Shown: piece after piece, positions 17,696-26,924 of the stretch
Position numbering within the stretch: the first letter of the stretch is position 1
How the letters are laid out: every line of letters begins with the position of its first letter
From: Hyphomicrobiales bacterium
GTDB lineage: Bacteria; Pseudomonadota; Alphaproteobacteria; Rhizobiales; Devosiaceae
Reading direction: 5' to 3'
Length of the DNA: 64,000 nucleotides
Assembly: GCA_004144345.1 (NCBI GenBank)
Contig: SEEL01000014.1
Span: 17,626 to 81,625, forward strand
Position numbers and translations under genes: made by a program
Notes under the pieces: generated by a model
Told to the model about the DNA's origin: nothing
Database searches by the model: none
The model's input: the letters and a program-made list of their open reading frames with translations, nothing else

Positions 17696-19252
17696 CTACG
17701 GCACCAGTTCGTCCGTTTGCGTCCCATCCAGCAGGAACGTCATCCAGCCGGCGTCGCCGCTGCCATTGGCCTGCCCGTAGCGGATCTCGACCATCAGCCG
17801 ATTATCGCTCGGGTCCATGATCAGTGCATGCCGCGAGAAGGTGAAACGGAACACCGCGCCCCGGGGCATCTTGAGCCGCTCTTCCGTCCGCCGCACCATG
17901 TCGGCCAGTTGCTCGACGCTAAGCCCCGCCAGATCGCCCGGCGTGAACACATTGCCCGGCTCGAGGCTGGCGAAATACGACGCCGACCCGAACCGCGTGA
18001 TCTCGCGCGCATCGACTAGGAACTGCGCCAACTGACCCGGCCGCTGCGGGTCCTCGATATCCATCGACCCTTGAGTGTCGCTTATCAGCAGTTCCGACAG
18101 TTTTGCGTCCGGCCCGAATGTCTCGCTGATCCGGCTGATCGTATCGATCACCGTCTCCGGCGCCAGCCAGGGTCCCACTGGCGGCAGCCGGCTCTCCGGC
18201 AGCTTCACCTCAACCACCAGGCCCGTAGTGTCGAGCCACACCTCGCCCTCATCGCCATTGGCCTGCCGGAACTCGACCTCCCACAACACGCGCAGCTCGC
18301 CCGATGCGCGGTCGAGCGGCTTGCTGGCCCCGATAGCGAGAAGCGTCGCGTCGGCTGCGCCGAACGCCTCGCGCGCCGCTGCCCTGATGACCGGCAACGC
18401 GGTCAGATCGACATCGCTCCACTGGAACGCTGCCCTATTACCCATGCCCAGCGTCAGGAGGTTGGGCGTGTCGATGAGCCCGTGCCTAACCCCTTCGAGG
18501 TTCCACGAATAGTCTCGCGCCAGGCCACTATCCGTCGGGTGGTTCGCCGTCACGAACACATAGCCCTCATAGATCCGCACTTCATGCACGCCCGCGCCGC
18601 CGATCGCCGCGCCAAGCGCCGCCTGCGCCTCCGCCATCGGCCACTCATCGCCCGTGAGGAAACTCGTCGCTTCGGCGCGCTTGGTGTCCGACAGATCGCC
18701 ACCGAACACCACGCCAGCCAGCGTCACATAGGCCATGGCGCGCTCGTCAGCCGTTTCCAGCATCACGGTCCAGCGCGGCCCGCCATAGGCAGGCTCGGGC
18801 AGGATCGACACCGGCCGCGACAGTTCCACAGAACTCACTACCGGCTCGCTCTCGAGCTTGGCGTAGTCGATGGCCGCCCTCACCACGCGCTCGAAGCTCG
18901 CGAGGTCCGCTTCCGACAACCTGAAATACGCCCCTGACACATCGCCGACGAGGTCGAAGGCCGAAACTCGCCGCGGTCCCGTCACGCTATGGATATTGGC
19001 CACCAGCAGATCCGTGCGATGCGCCGTCCATTCGGCGAAATCGCGCCCGCTGTCGGCCTGCATCGTGGCGATGATCTTGTCTGGCGTGAACAGCAGCCGC
19101 GCCACCGGTCGCGTCTCGCCCATCCGCGCCACCAGCGCCGCCATCCCCTTGTAGCGGACGTCCGCATTGTTGGTGTAAGTCCGGTCGGCCGCCATCGCCG
19201 GCAGCGCCGCGAACATCAGAGCAAGGGCAAGCAGCATCGCGCGCATCATCAT
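17696..19252 (-). CDS. Secreted hypothetical protein with an apparent three-fold internal repeat
   Basis: RBS GGGAG, signal peptide; recurring F..S..DL..L...A...W.V pattern. Confidence 0.7.
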   Translation of the reverse strand: MMMRAMLLALALMFAALPAMAADRTYTNNADVRYKGMAALVARMGETRPVARLLFTPDKIIATMQADSGRDFAEWTAHRTDLLVANIHSVTGPRRVSAFDLVGDVSGAYFRLSEADLASFERVVRAAIDYAKLESEPVVSSVELSRPVSILPEPAYGGPRWTVMLETADERAMAYVTLAGVVFGGDLSDTKRAEATSFLTGDEWPMAEAQAALGAAIGGAGVHEVRIYEGYVFVTANHPTDSGLARDYSWNLEGVRHGLIDTPNLLTLGMGNRAAFQWSDVDLTALPVIRAAAREAFGAADATLLAIGASKPLDRASGELRVLWEVEFRQANGDEGEVWLDTTGLVVEVKLPESRLPPVGPWLAPETVIDTISRISETFGPDAKLSELLISDTQGSMDIEDPQRPGQLAQFLVDAREITRFGSASYFASLEPGNVFTPGDLAGLSVEQLADMVRRTEERLKMPRGAVFRFTFSRHALIMDPSDNRLMVEIRYGQANGSGDAGWMTFLLDGTQTDELVP

Positions 19253-19338
19253 GCTCCCATCTTGCCCGCCGCGCCTGTATCCGCGATGAACGCCGCCGCC
19301 TCAATTGTTACAGTCGGGTGGCGCAGTCAGCACGGATA

Positions 19339-19390
19339 CCCTCTCCCGCCTGCGGGAGAGGGGGGACCAGCGAAGCTGGTGGGAGAGGGG
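19339..19390. repeat. Composite REP-like element (copy 1)
   Basis: CCCTCTCCCG/CGGGAGAGGG hairpin + ACCAGCGAAGCTGGT hairpin + GGGAGAGGGG. Confidence 0.75.
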
Positions 19391-19424
19391 TGCACCGTGA
19401 GTGGAGCCGCCCTGCCCTACCCGC

Positions 19425-19454
19425 AAAACAAAAGGCCCGCATCGCTGCGGGCCT
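19425..19454 (-). terminator. Intrinsic terminator of ilvE
   Basis: GGCCCGCA/TGCGGGCC stem with an A-run on the left (U-tract on the minus strand). Confidence 0.75.
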
Positions 19455-19478
19455 CTCCAATTCCGTATCGATCGCACC

Positions 19479-20366
19479 TTACTCGGCAGCGACCTTCTTG
19501 GGCGTCACGGCTTCGGTGTAGGCATTGATCAGCGTCTCGCAGCCCTTGCCCGGCGTGAATTTGTACTCGCCCACCAACGACACCGGCGTCACTTCGGCCG
19601 CCGTGCCGGTCAGGAAGCACTCGTCGTAATTGGCGAGTTCTTCCGGCAGGATGTGCCGCTCGACAACCTTGAAGCCCTTCTCCTTGGCCAGTGCGATCAC
19701 CGTCTGACGGGTCAGGCCGTTGAGGAAGCAATCGGGCTCCGGCGTATGCATCTCGTCGCCCTTGATGAAGAACACATTGGCGCCCGTCGCTTCCGCGACA
19801 TAGCCGCGATAGTCGAGCATCAGCGCATCGGCATAGCCATTGGCCATCGCCGCGTCCTTCGACAGTGTGCAGATCATGTAGAGGCCGGCGGCCTTCGCCG
19901 TGCACGGGATCGTCTCCGGGCTCGGGCGCTTCCACTTGCTCCATTCGAGGCGGATGCCCTTGAGCTTTTCCTCAACCGAGAAATAGCTCGGCCACACCCA
20001 GGCCGCGATCGCCAGATGCACCGTGTTCTTGCGCGCCGGCACGCTGAGCTCTTCCGAACCGCGCCAGGCGACAGGACGCACATACGCATCGACCAGCCCG
20101 TTCTTCTCGAGCACCAGGCGCTTGGCCGCCTCGATCTCGTCGACGCTATAGGGAATGGTGAAGTCCAGCGTCTTGCCCGAGCGGATCAGCCGCTCCGTGT
20201 GCAGACGCGACTTGAAAATTTCGCCGCCATAGGCGCGCTCGCCCTCGAACACGCTGCTCGCGTAATGCAGCCCATGGGTCAGGACGTGTATCTTCGCGTC
20301 CTTCCACGGTTTCATCTCGCCGTCGAACCAGATCCAGCCCTCGCGCTGGTCCATCGGAATAGCCAT
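19479..20366 (-). CDS. ilvE: Branched-chain amino acid aminotransferase
   Basis: THGLHYASSVFEGERAY, AKAAGLY, EATGANVF, LNGLTRQTVI, GTAAEVTPV. Confidence 0.95.
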   Translation of the reverse strand: MAIPMDQREGWIWFDGEMKPWKDAKIHVLTHGLHYASSVFEGERAYGGEIFKSRLHTERLIRSGKTLDFTIPYSVDEIEAAKRLVLEKNGLVDAYVRPVAWRGSEELSVPARKNTVHLAIAAWVWPSYFSVEEKLKGIRLEWSKWKRPSPETIPCTAKAAGLYMICTLSKDAAMANGYADALMLDYRGYVAEATGANVFFIKGDEMHTPEPDCFLNGLTRQTVIALAKEKGFKVVERHILPEELANYDECFLTGTAAEVTPVSLVGEYKFTPGKGCETLINAYTEAVTPKKVAAE

Positions 20367-20496
20367 ACTAGCCTCCACTTCCCACCAGGCCTCGCAGGCC
20401 CTTCTCCCCATCGTTCAATCTTGTCCCGAAGCGCCAGCCTTGGCAAACCGGAATGGCTAGGGGATAAGTTTTCGACGGGCTCGCAATGGAGAAACA

Positions 20497-21015
20497 ATGG
20501 CACCGGCCAAAATAAATGTCAACAGTACTGACATAAATGCCGGAGCACCCGCGGCGGACAAGCTTCCGCTGGACGTTATGGGGCTGTTTTTCTTCGCTTA
20601 TCGCGACTTCGTCGGCGACGCCGACGCCCTGCTCGAGCGCCAGGGCTTTGGCCGCGCCCACCACCGCGTGCTGTATTTCGTGAACCTGAAGCCCGGCATG
20701 CCGGTCGCCGACCTTCTCGATATCCTCAAGATCACCAAGCAGAGCCTCGCCCGCGTCCTGCGCCAGCTCATCGACAATGGCTATATCGAGCAGCGCACCG
20801 GCGATGCTGATCGCCGCCAGCGCCTGCTGCACGCGACCGAGAAGGGCCGGCGCCTGTTCGACGTCCTGTCCGCCACCCAGACCAGCCGCATCGAAGCCGC
20901 CATCGCCGCCCTCCCCCCTGAAGGCAAGCGCACCGTGCTCCGCTTCTTCGTCGGCATGGTCGAACCGGGCGACCGCGCCACGCTCGATCGCCTGAAGTTG
21001 ACAGACGACCTCTAG
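20497..21015 (+). CDS. MarR family regulator (PetP-like), divergent from ilvE
   Basis: FFFAYRDF...DALL...GFGRAHHRVLYFV, ITKQSLARVLRQL, DRRQRLL. Confidence 0.9.
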   Translation: MAPAKINVNSTDINAGAPAADKLPLDVMGLFFFAYRDFVGDADALLERQGFGRAHHRVLYFVNLKPGMPVADLLDILKITKQSLARVLRQLIDNGYIEQRTGDADRRQRLLHATEKGRRLFDVLSATQTSRIEAAIAALPPEGKRTVLRFFVGMVEPGDRATLDRLKLTDDL

Positions 21016-21028
21016 TCGACCTCTAGTC
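21007..21028. repeat. 11-bp tandem duplication spanning the marR stop codon
   Basis: GACCTCTAGTC x2. Confidence 0.85.
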
Positions 21029-21195
21029 GTCCCCTAATCAACTCATAGTCGTGCGGCGGCTTCGCCTCGCACTCATGGATTGCTCACTGTCTATTGCTCC
21101 GCGCCTCTTAGGAGGCTCACGGCACTACAGCGTCACGCCTCTCTACTGCCGACCATTGTCAGAATAAGCACCATCCAGTTTGAGGAGTCTGAGCC

Positions 21196-22314
21196 ATGGC
21201 CTTGGCCCGCCTCTACTCGATCGAGGGACGTCAGAAGACCCACGAGATGGAATACTCGACGCCCGGCGACTTCGTGCTGGGCGCCCCGGCCATCGCGCCG
21301 GCAGCTATCATCCTCAACGAACCCGGCTGGTCCCCCTATTGCATCGACCACACCAACCACGAGCTGGTGTGCGTCCACCTGGCCGATAGTATCGACCTCG
21401 CCAAATCAGCGTTCTACTATCTGACTCAGTATCAGCGTGCCGACCGCATGCTGACACTGCCGCTCACCGCGCTCGCCGATCTCGCCGGCGATTTGCCCGA
21501 CCCCAATGTGGTCATCATCTACTCCATGGGCCGGTGCGGCACGACGCTCGCGAGCCTCGCGCTCAACGAATCCCCGCAGGCCTGGAGCCTGAGTGAGCCC
21601 GAGGTATTCAATGACCGCTCGCTCAGGCTCCCTCCTGACGCTCCGGTCGCCGGCGGCGATCTCGTCCGCCTGCTGATCCGCATCATCTTCGCCCAGCGCG
21701 CGCGGCGCGAGGCGACAACCCTCGCGCTGAAGCTGCGGAGCCAGGCGACGTTCCACATGCAGCAGTTCATCGACGCGCGGCCCGATGCGCGCGCCGTCTT
21801 CATGTATCGCGACGCCCTTGGCTGGGGGCAGTCGATGTATCAATTCCTCGGCGAGTTTGACTGGCAGGACGACATCCCGGCCGACCAGCGCCTGCCCTAC
21901 TGGGATTTCTTCTCGGGCGGCGGACCGCTCTCACAGCTGGAGCGCTACGTCGAGACGCCTTCAGCCGCCACGCTCACCACCATGATCGGCGCGGGCTGGC
22001 TGCACTGCCTCGAGACCTATCTCGACCGCCTTGCCGGTGGCGTGCAGTTTCTTGCCCTGCGCTACAACGACCTCACCTTGGGGCGGCGGCATGAGATCGA
22101 AAAGCTGTTCCGCCACGCCGGCCTCGACACGTCAGGTCTCGATGGGCTCGACGCCGTCTTCGACGAGGACTCGCAGAAAGGTCTGAGCATCGGCCAGCGC
22201 GAAGGCAAGCGGCGTTTGAGCGAAGCGCAGATCAGCGAACTGCGCGCCGTACTGGACGCGCATCCGCGCCTGCGCGACCCGAACCTTGTTCTGCCCGACA
22301 TCTATTCGCGCTAG
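21196..22314 (+). CDS. Sulfotransferase-fold (P-loop) protein
   Basis: RBS GAGGAG; IYSMGRCGTTL (5'-PSB-like), SLSEP, FMYRD (3'-PB-like), RYNDL. Confidence 0.65.
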   Translation: MALARLYSIEGRQKTHEMEYSTPGDFVLGAPAIAPAAIILNEPGWSPYCIDHTNHELVCVHLADSIDLAKSAFYYLTQYQRADRMLTLPLTALADLAGDLPDPNVVIIYSMGRCGTTLASLALNESPQAWSLSEPEVFNDRSLRLPPDAPVAGGDLVRLLIRIIFAQRARREATTLALKLRSQATFHMQQFIDARPDARAVFMYRDALGWGQSMYQFLGEFDWQDDIPADQRLPYWDFFSGGGPLSQLERYVETPSAATLTTMIGAGWLHCLETYLDRLAGGVQFLALRYNDLTLGRRHEIEKLFRHAGLDTSGLDGLDAVFDEDSQKGLSIGQREGKRRLSEAQISELRAVLDAHPRLRDPNLVLPDIYSR

Positions 22315-22649
22315 AGCAGCTTCTCGCCATTCGGCACGGGCTTGTCGCTCGCCGCCAGAACGATCGCGCCATTGGCGTCGGCAAAGCCCAGCGTCAGCAC
22401 TTCCGAGCGCACCGGCCCGATCTGCCGCGGCGGGAAGTTCACCACGCCCAGCACCTGCCGCCCGACCAATTGCTCGGGCGTATAATGCACCGTGATCTGC
22501 GCCGAGCTCTTCTTGACGCCGATCTCGGGTCCGAAATCGATGAGCAGGATGATCGCGGGCTTGCGGGCTTCGGGAAAGGGCTTCGCCTCGATCACCGTGC
22601 CGACGCGGATGTCGACCTTGGTGAAATCGTCATAGCTGATCTCAGCCAC
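22311..22649 (-). CDS. csaA: tRNA-binding protein / chaperone CsaA
   Basis: DFTKVDIRVGT, KKSSAQIT, VVNFPPRQIG...SEVLTLG. Confidence 0.93.
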   Translation of the reverse strand: MAEISYDDFTKVDIRVGTVIEAKPFPEARKPAIILLIDFGPEIGVKKSSAQITVHYTPEQLVGRQVLGVVNFPPRQIGPVRSEVLTLGFADANGAIVLAASDKPVPNGEKLL

Positions 22650-23466
22650 GACCGAGTTCCTCCGAGCGGTGCCGCGCCGCGCGCACCGCCCGCTCCATCA
22701 GCGGCTCGAGGCCATCGGCCGCCATCAGCACGCTCAGCGCCGCCGCCGTCGTGCCCTTGGGCGATGTCACGTTCTCGCGCAGCACCGACGCGGGCGCCTC
22801 GTCGGCTTCGAGCAGCGCCGCCGCGCCGATGATCGTCTGTCGCGCAAAGCGCATCGCCTGCTGCGGATCGAACCCCTGCCGCATCGCCGCCACCGCCAGC
22901 GCCTCGACCATGTAGAACACATAGGCCGGCCCCGACCCCGAGATCGCCGTCACCGCGTCGATCATGTTCTCGGCATCGAACCACGCCACATCACCCGCCG
23001 CCTTGAGCAACAAATCGGTTACCTCGCGGTCGGCTTCCGACACCTCAAGCCCTACCGCACCGGTGATTCCCTTGCCCAGTTGCGCCGGCGTATTGGGCAT
23101 CGCCCGCACCACGCGCTCCGTATCGAGCCCCGCCGCCAGGGTGTGCAGCGATATCCCCGCGGCAATCGAAATCACCAGCGTGTGCTTGCCGACGACAGGC
23201 AGCACCTGCTGCAGCACGGGGATCATGTTCTGCGGCTTCACTGCCAGCACCAGCACATGCGTCAGCACGCCCTCGGCGCTCTTGAGCAGCCGCACGCCGG
23301 TTTCGCTGGCAAAAGCCTGTGCCGGTTCACCGGCCATCGGATCGACCAGCACCAGCCGGTCGGCGGGCAAGCCACCATTGATCCAGCCCCGCGCCAGCGC
23401 GAGGCCCATCTTGCCGGCCCCGATCAGGACGACGGGACCGATATCTTTGAGAGTCTGTGCAGCCAA
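22642..23466 (-). CDS. proC: Pyrroline-5-carboxylate reductase
   Basis: IGAGKMG, LAVKPQ, SIAAG, RAMPNTP, TAISGSGPAY, VTSPKGTT. Confidence 0.96.
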   Translation of the reverse strand: MAAQTLKDIGPVVLIGAGKMGLALARGWINGGLPADRLVLVDPMAGEPAQAFASETGVRLLKSAEGVLTHVLVLAVKPQNMIPVLQQVLPVVGKHTLVISIAAGISLHTLAAGLDTERVVRAMPNTPAQLGKGITGAVGLEVSEADREVTDLLLKAAGDVAWFDAENMIDAVTAISGSGPAYVFYMVEALAVAAMRQGFDPQQAMRFARQTIIGAAALLEADEAPASVLRENVTSPKGTTAAALSVLMAADGLEPLMERAVRAARHRSEELGRG

Positions 23467-23497
23467 CGCCTAATCCCCGCGTCTGGCGGGGAGGCGT

Positions 23498-23998
23498 TCA
23501 GGCTTCCCCGACGGTCTCGAACAGCACGCTTTCGAGTGCTTCGGTAGCCGACTTACCGGCCCAGACGACGAACTGGAAGGCCTGATAGTAAAGATCGCAG
23601 CTTTCCGTCGCCGAACGCAGCAGCGCCTCGCATTGCTGCGGGCTCACTTCCGCCCCGCCGGTCAAGAGGTGCGAATTGCGGAACAGGATCACGCCTTCGT
23701 GGTGCCAGACGTCGAAATGCCCGATCCACAGCTGCTCGTTGACCAGCGCGATCAGCGCCTTCACCTCGGCCCGGCGCGGCTCCGGCACCTTGAGGTCGAA
23801 CGCCGAAGCGATATGGAGCGACTCGAGGTCTTCCATCCAGTTGAACGACACGTGGTAATCGCTCCACGACCCACGCACCGAGATCGAGATCTCGTCGGTG
23901 TCCTGGCGTTCGAAATTCCAGTCGTTGATCGCTGCGATATGTTCGATGATGTCCACCGGATGAACGGTGGTTTCGGGCTCGAGTTCGAGTAGGGCCAT
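23498..23998 (-). CDS. YbjN domain protein
   Basis: HPVDIIEHIA...W.FER, INEQLWIGHFDVW, YYQAFQFVVWAG, ETVGEA. Confidence 0.88.
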   Translation of the reverse strand: MALLELEPETTVHPVDIIEHIAAINDWNFERQDTDEISISVRGSWSDYHVSFNWMEDLESLHIASAFDLKVPEPRRAEVKALIALVNEQLWIGHFDVWHHEGVILFRNSHLLTGGAEVSPQQCEALLRSATESCDLYYQAFQFVVWAGKSATEALESVLFETVGEA

Positions 23999-24171
23999 GG
24001 TGGTTCCCGCCGGTGAGCGTGAAGGAAAAAACGCTTTACTCAAAGGAACTTGCCGCACGCAGGAAGCCTACGAATCGTGCCTTGGGGTCAACCTAGGCAG
24101 TGTGCTGATTCAGGGGAATCCCCCCGAAGCGCCATCGCGGCTTTCTCCTGTGGATGATCCCGCTCAGACTG

Positions 24172-24187
24172 TTAAGAACGTCTTAAC
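24172..24187. promoter_or_regulatory. CtrA-binding consensus
   Basis: TTAA-GAACGTC-TTAAC = TTAA-N7-TTAAC. Confidence 0.65.
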
Positions 24188-24215
24188 CATACGCCCCCAG
24201 CCCCATGAATTTGGT

Positions 24216-24235
24216 GTCACATTCGGACATGTGAC
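24216..24235. promoter_or_regulatory. Dyad-symmetric putative operator
   Basis: GTCACAT-N6-ATGTGAC. Confidence 0.45.
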
Positions 24236-24325
24236 GCATGCGCTGCCCGCCCGGATCACAATCGAGTCATCTGCCGTTCAGTCACCTCCTGCTAGCCGCC
24301 CGCCTTCCTTCGAAGGACCACGACT

Positions 24326-25759
24326 GTGCAGCCGATCCGTCTCCTTGCCGCCCTCCTGCCATTCCTTATTCTCCCCACCGCGGCGGAGGCCGCCGGCCGC
24401 TATTTCGCCCCGGCACAGGAATCGGCCAGCGCCGCCATCGCGGCGGATAGCGCGGGAGGCCTCCATGCCGCCCATACCGGTTATGACGGCGAGACCGGCG
24501 ATTTCGTCTATTATTCGGCGTGCACCGCATCCTGCGAGAATGCTGGCAACTGGCGCAGCGTCACCCTGCCCCTCGCCGATCCGCAGATTCTACAGGTTGC
24601 CGTCACCCCGGACGGGCGCCCCCGCCTGATGATCGGCAGCTCGACCTATGTCTCCGGCGCCTCGACGCTGTTCACCTATGCCGAATGCGACACCGCCTGC
24701 ACCGAGGCGGCCAACTGGACCCTCGTGCCCGTCGCCAACAAGGCCGACGGCACCTTTGGCAACATCTTCCTCTACCGGATCCCGCAGCACAGCTTCGCCG
24801 TCGATGGAGAGGGCCGCCCCTGGTTCGCCTACACCGACGCCAATTACGGTGCCGAGCCAGATCATTACGGCACGTTCGTGACCACCTGCGCCGCCGATTG
24901 CACCGATCCCGAGAACTGGACCGAAACCAACGTCGCGGTGCGCCTCCCCGAGCGCTACACCACCGAATATTGGGATCAGGTGGCGCTAGCCGTCACGCCC
25001 GACGGCCGCCCACGCCTTCTCGGCAAGGTCTATCCGCTCGACGAAGAGGGCAACCAGATCGAGAACGGCGAAGGCCTCTTCTACTATGAGTGCGACGCCG
25101 GCTGTGACACGCGCACCAATTGGCGCCGCACCCGCATCATCGACACCGGTTCGGGCTCCTACCCCAATCCAGGCTGGGATCTCGAAGTCCTGCCCGACGG
25201 CCGGCCGCGGGCCGCCTTCTTCACCGGCTCGAGCATGCTGCAGCCCAGCCTCGACAATTCGCTGCTTTATCTCTGGTGCGACAGCGCCTGCGATAAGGAT
25301 GCCAATTGGTACGGCCACGGCCTCACTGCCAAGGGCGACGGCGAATCTCCTGATCTCGCCCTCACCGCATCCGGCGCACCGCGCCTCGTCTTCCTCGGCG
25401 GCTATGGCGACCTCGGCTATCTCGCCTGCGACATCGATTGCGAATCCGACAAGGGCCAGTGGTCGCTCGCCCTGCAGGACTCGACCGATGCCGCTGCTGC
25501 CGACCGTCCCACCGCCCTACCCTACACCTGTGACGCCGAACTTTGGCACGGCCTCATCCCGCGCCTCGCCGTCGCCGGCGACAAGCCCTGGTTCGCCTAT
25601 GACCTCGTCGTCGAAGCCCGCTGCCTCTACAAGGAATTCGGCGAACCCGAGATCACCTACCAGTTCCACGAACTCTGGCGCGGCGCCCGCCTGAGCTGGG
25701 GCGACGGCACGCTCGTGCCACCACCATCAGGCGCCTCTGCTACCTCACTCCGCCGCTAG
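24326..25759 (+). CDS. Secreted repeat protein with six C-x3-C-x4/6-(N/Q)W units, probable beta-propeller
   Basis: RBS GAAGGA, signal peptide, repeats visible in the translation. Confidence 0.75.
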   Translation: MQPIRLLAALLPFLILPTAAEAAGRYFAPAQESASAAIAADSAGGLHAAHTGYDGETGDFVYYSACTASCENAGNWRSVTLPLADPQILQVAVTPDGRPRLMIGSSTYVSGASTLFTYAECDTACTEAANWTLVPVANKADGTFGNIFLYRIPQHSFAVDGEGRPWFAYTDANYGAEPDHYGTFVTTCAADCTDPENWTETNVAVRLPERYTTEYWDQVALAVTPDGRPRLLGKVYPLDEEGNQIENGEGLFYYECDAGCDTRTNWRRTRIIDTGSGSYPNPGWDLEVLPDGRPRAAFFTGSSMLQPSLDNSLLYLWCDSACDKDANWYGHGLTAKGDGESPDLALTASGAPRLVFLGGYGDLGYLACDIDCESDKGQWSLALQDSTDAAAADRPTALPYTCDAELWHGLIPRLAVAGDKPWFAYDLVVEARCLYKEFGEPEITYQFHELWRGARLSWGDGTLVPPPSGASATSLRR

Positions 25760-25768
25760 CAGTCAGGA

Positions 25769-25817
25769 CTCCCTCCCCACCGGGGAGGGGGGACCGGCGA
25801 AGCCGGTGGGTGGGGCG
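25769..25817. repeat. Composite REP-like element (copy 2)
   Basis: CTCCCTCCCC/GGGGAGGGGG hairpin + ACCGGCGAAGCCGGT hairpin + GGGTGGGG. Confidence 0.75.
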
Positions 25818-25835
25818 AGCCCCAAACACCAAACC

Positions 25836-26558
25836 TCAGAACAACCCCTTCGCCCCGACCCAGCCGGCGATCAGCGCGTCCCGCCACTGCGGAAAACCGT
25901 TGGCTTCCGCCTGCCGCGCCGCCGCGAAATGATCGTACGGCACCGTGTGGAACGCCGCGTAATATTTGCCGCCGCGCAGCTCGACCGTCGCATAGCGCGC
26001 ATCAGGCGAGCCATGGTTCAGTTGCAGCCCAACCGCCCCCGGATTGACGATCAGCCGCCCGTCCCTCAGCCGCACCGCCCGCGGAATATGCGTGTGCCCG
26101 CAGAGCAGCACCGGATAGTCGAAGCCCTCGGCCTTGGCCGCCACCGTCGCATGGTCGGGTATCGTCGTCGTCCGCCCGTCCCACCAGCCATCGAGCCAGG
26201 GCTCTTCGTCCGAAGTCGGCGTGCCGTGGCAAAGAAATATGTCATCGACGATCGACAGCGTCGGCGGCAGCGCATTGATCCAGCCCCGATGCCGCGCTTC
26301 CATCTGGATTTGCGCGAAGCGGTCCACCGGCCCGAGCTTTTCGGGCGGATTGTCGATCAGCGCCCGCTCGTGATTGCCGCGCACCGTCGGAATGTCGATA
26401 TCCATCAGGATATCGAGCACCCAGTTGGGCTCCATCGGCCCGGCCACCAGGTCGCCGAGGTTGAACGTGCCGTCCACCCCCTGCCGCGCAATATCGTCCA
26501 GCACCGCCTCGAGCGCGAGGCGGTTGCCGTGAATGTCGGAGATGACGGCGATCTTCAC
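25836..26558 (-). CDS. Metallophosphoesterase (calcineurin-like, YfcE type)
   Basis: ISDIHGN, LGDLV, VRGNHE, LCHGTP, CGHTH, NPGAVG. Confidence 0.92.
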   Translation of the reverse strand: MKIAVISDIHGNRLALEAVLDDIARQGVDGTFNLGDLVAGPMEPNWVLDILMDIDIPTVRGNHERALIDNPPEKLGPVDRFAQIQMEARHRGWINALPPTLSIVDDIFLCHGTPTSDEEPWLDGWWDGRTTTIPDHATVAAKAEGFDYPVLLCGHTHIPRAVRLRDGRLIVNPGAVGLQLNHGSPDARYATVELRGGKYYAAFHTVPYDHFAAARQAEANGFPQWRDALIAGWVGAKGLF

Positions 26559-26812
26559 GCGGCGGGCGGCGTGTCCGTGCCTTTCAGCGCGGCCACTTCC
26601 GCCTTCAACGCCTTGAGTTCGGCGCTCTGCGCCTGCACCAGTTCGCGCAGGGCATCATAGTCCTCGCGCTTGACGAGGTTCATATCCATCACGAAGCGCT
26701 CGGCCTGCGCCCGCACCATGGTCTCGACTTCACGCCGCACGCCATCCGCGACGCCCGCCGCATCGTTCATCATTCGACCGACATTGTCGAAAATCCGGCT
26801 GCTCTGGGCCAT
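26555..26812 (-). CDS. UbiK/BMFP accessory factor family protein
   Basis: IFDNVGRMMNDAAGVA..VRREVET...MNLVKREDYDA, coiled-coil tail. Confidence 0.88.
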   Translation of the reverse strand: MAQSSRIFDNVGRMMNDAAGVADGVRREVETMVRAQAERFVMDMNLVKREDYDALRELVQAQSAELKALKAEVAALKGTDTPPAA

Positions 26813-26924
26813 GTTGCACTCCGAAACGCGAATTGAGGCCCCTATTTAGGGGGAACCGCCCGGCTTGACCAGAGCGACGGGCCGCCTACAAGGACCCCAG
26901 CCACCTTAAAACAGAGCGCCCCGC

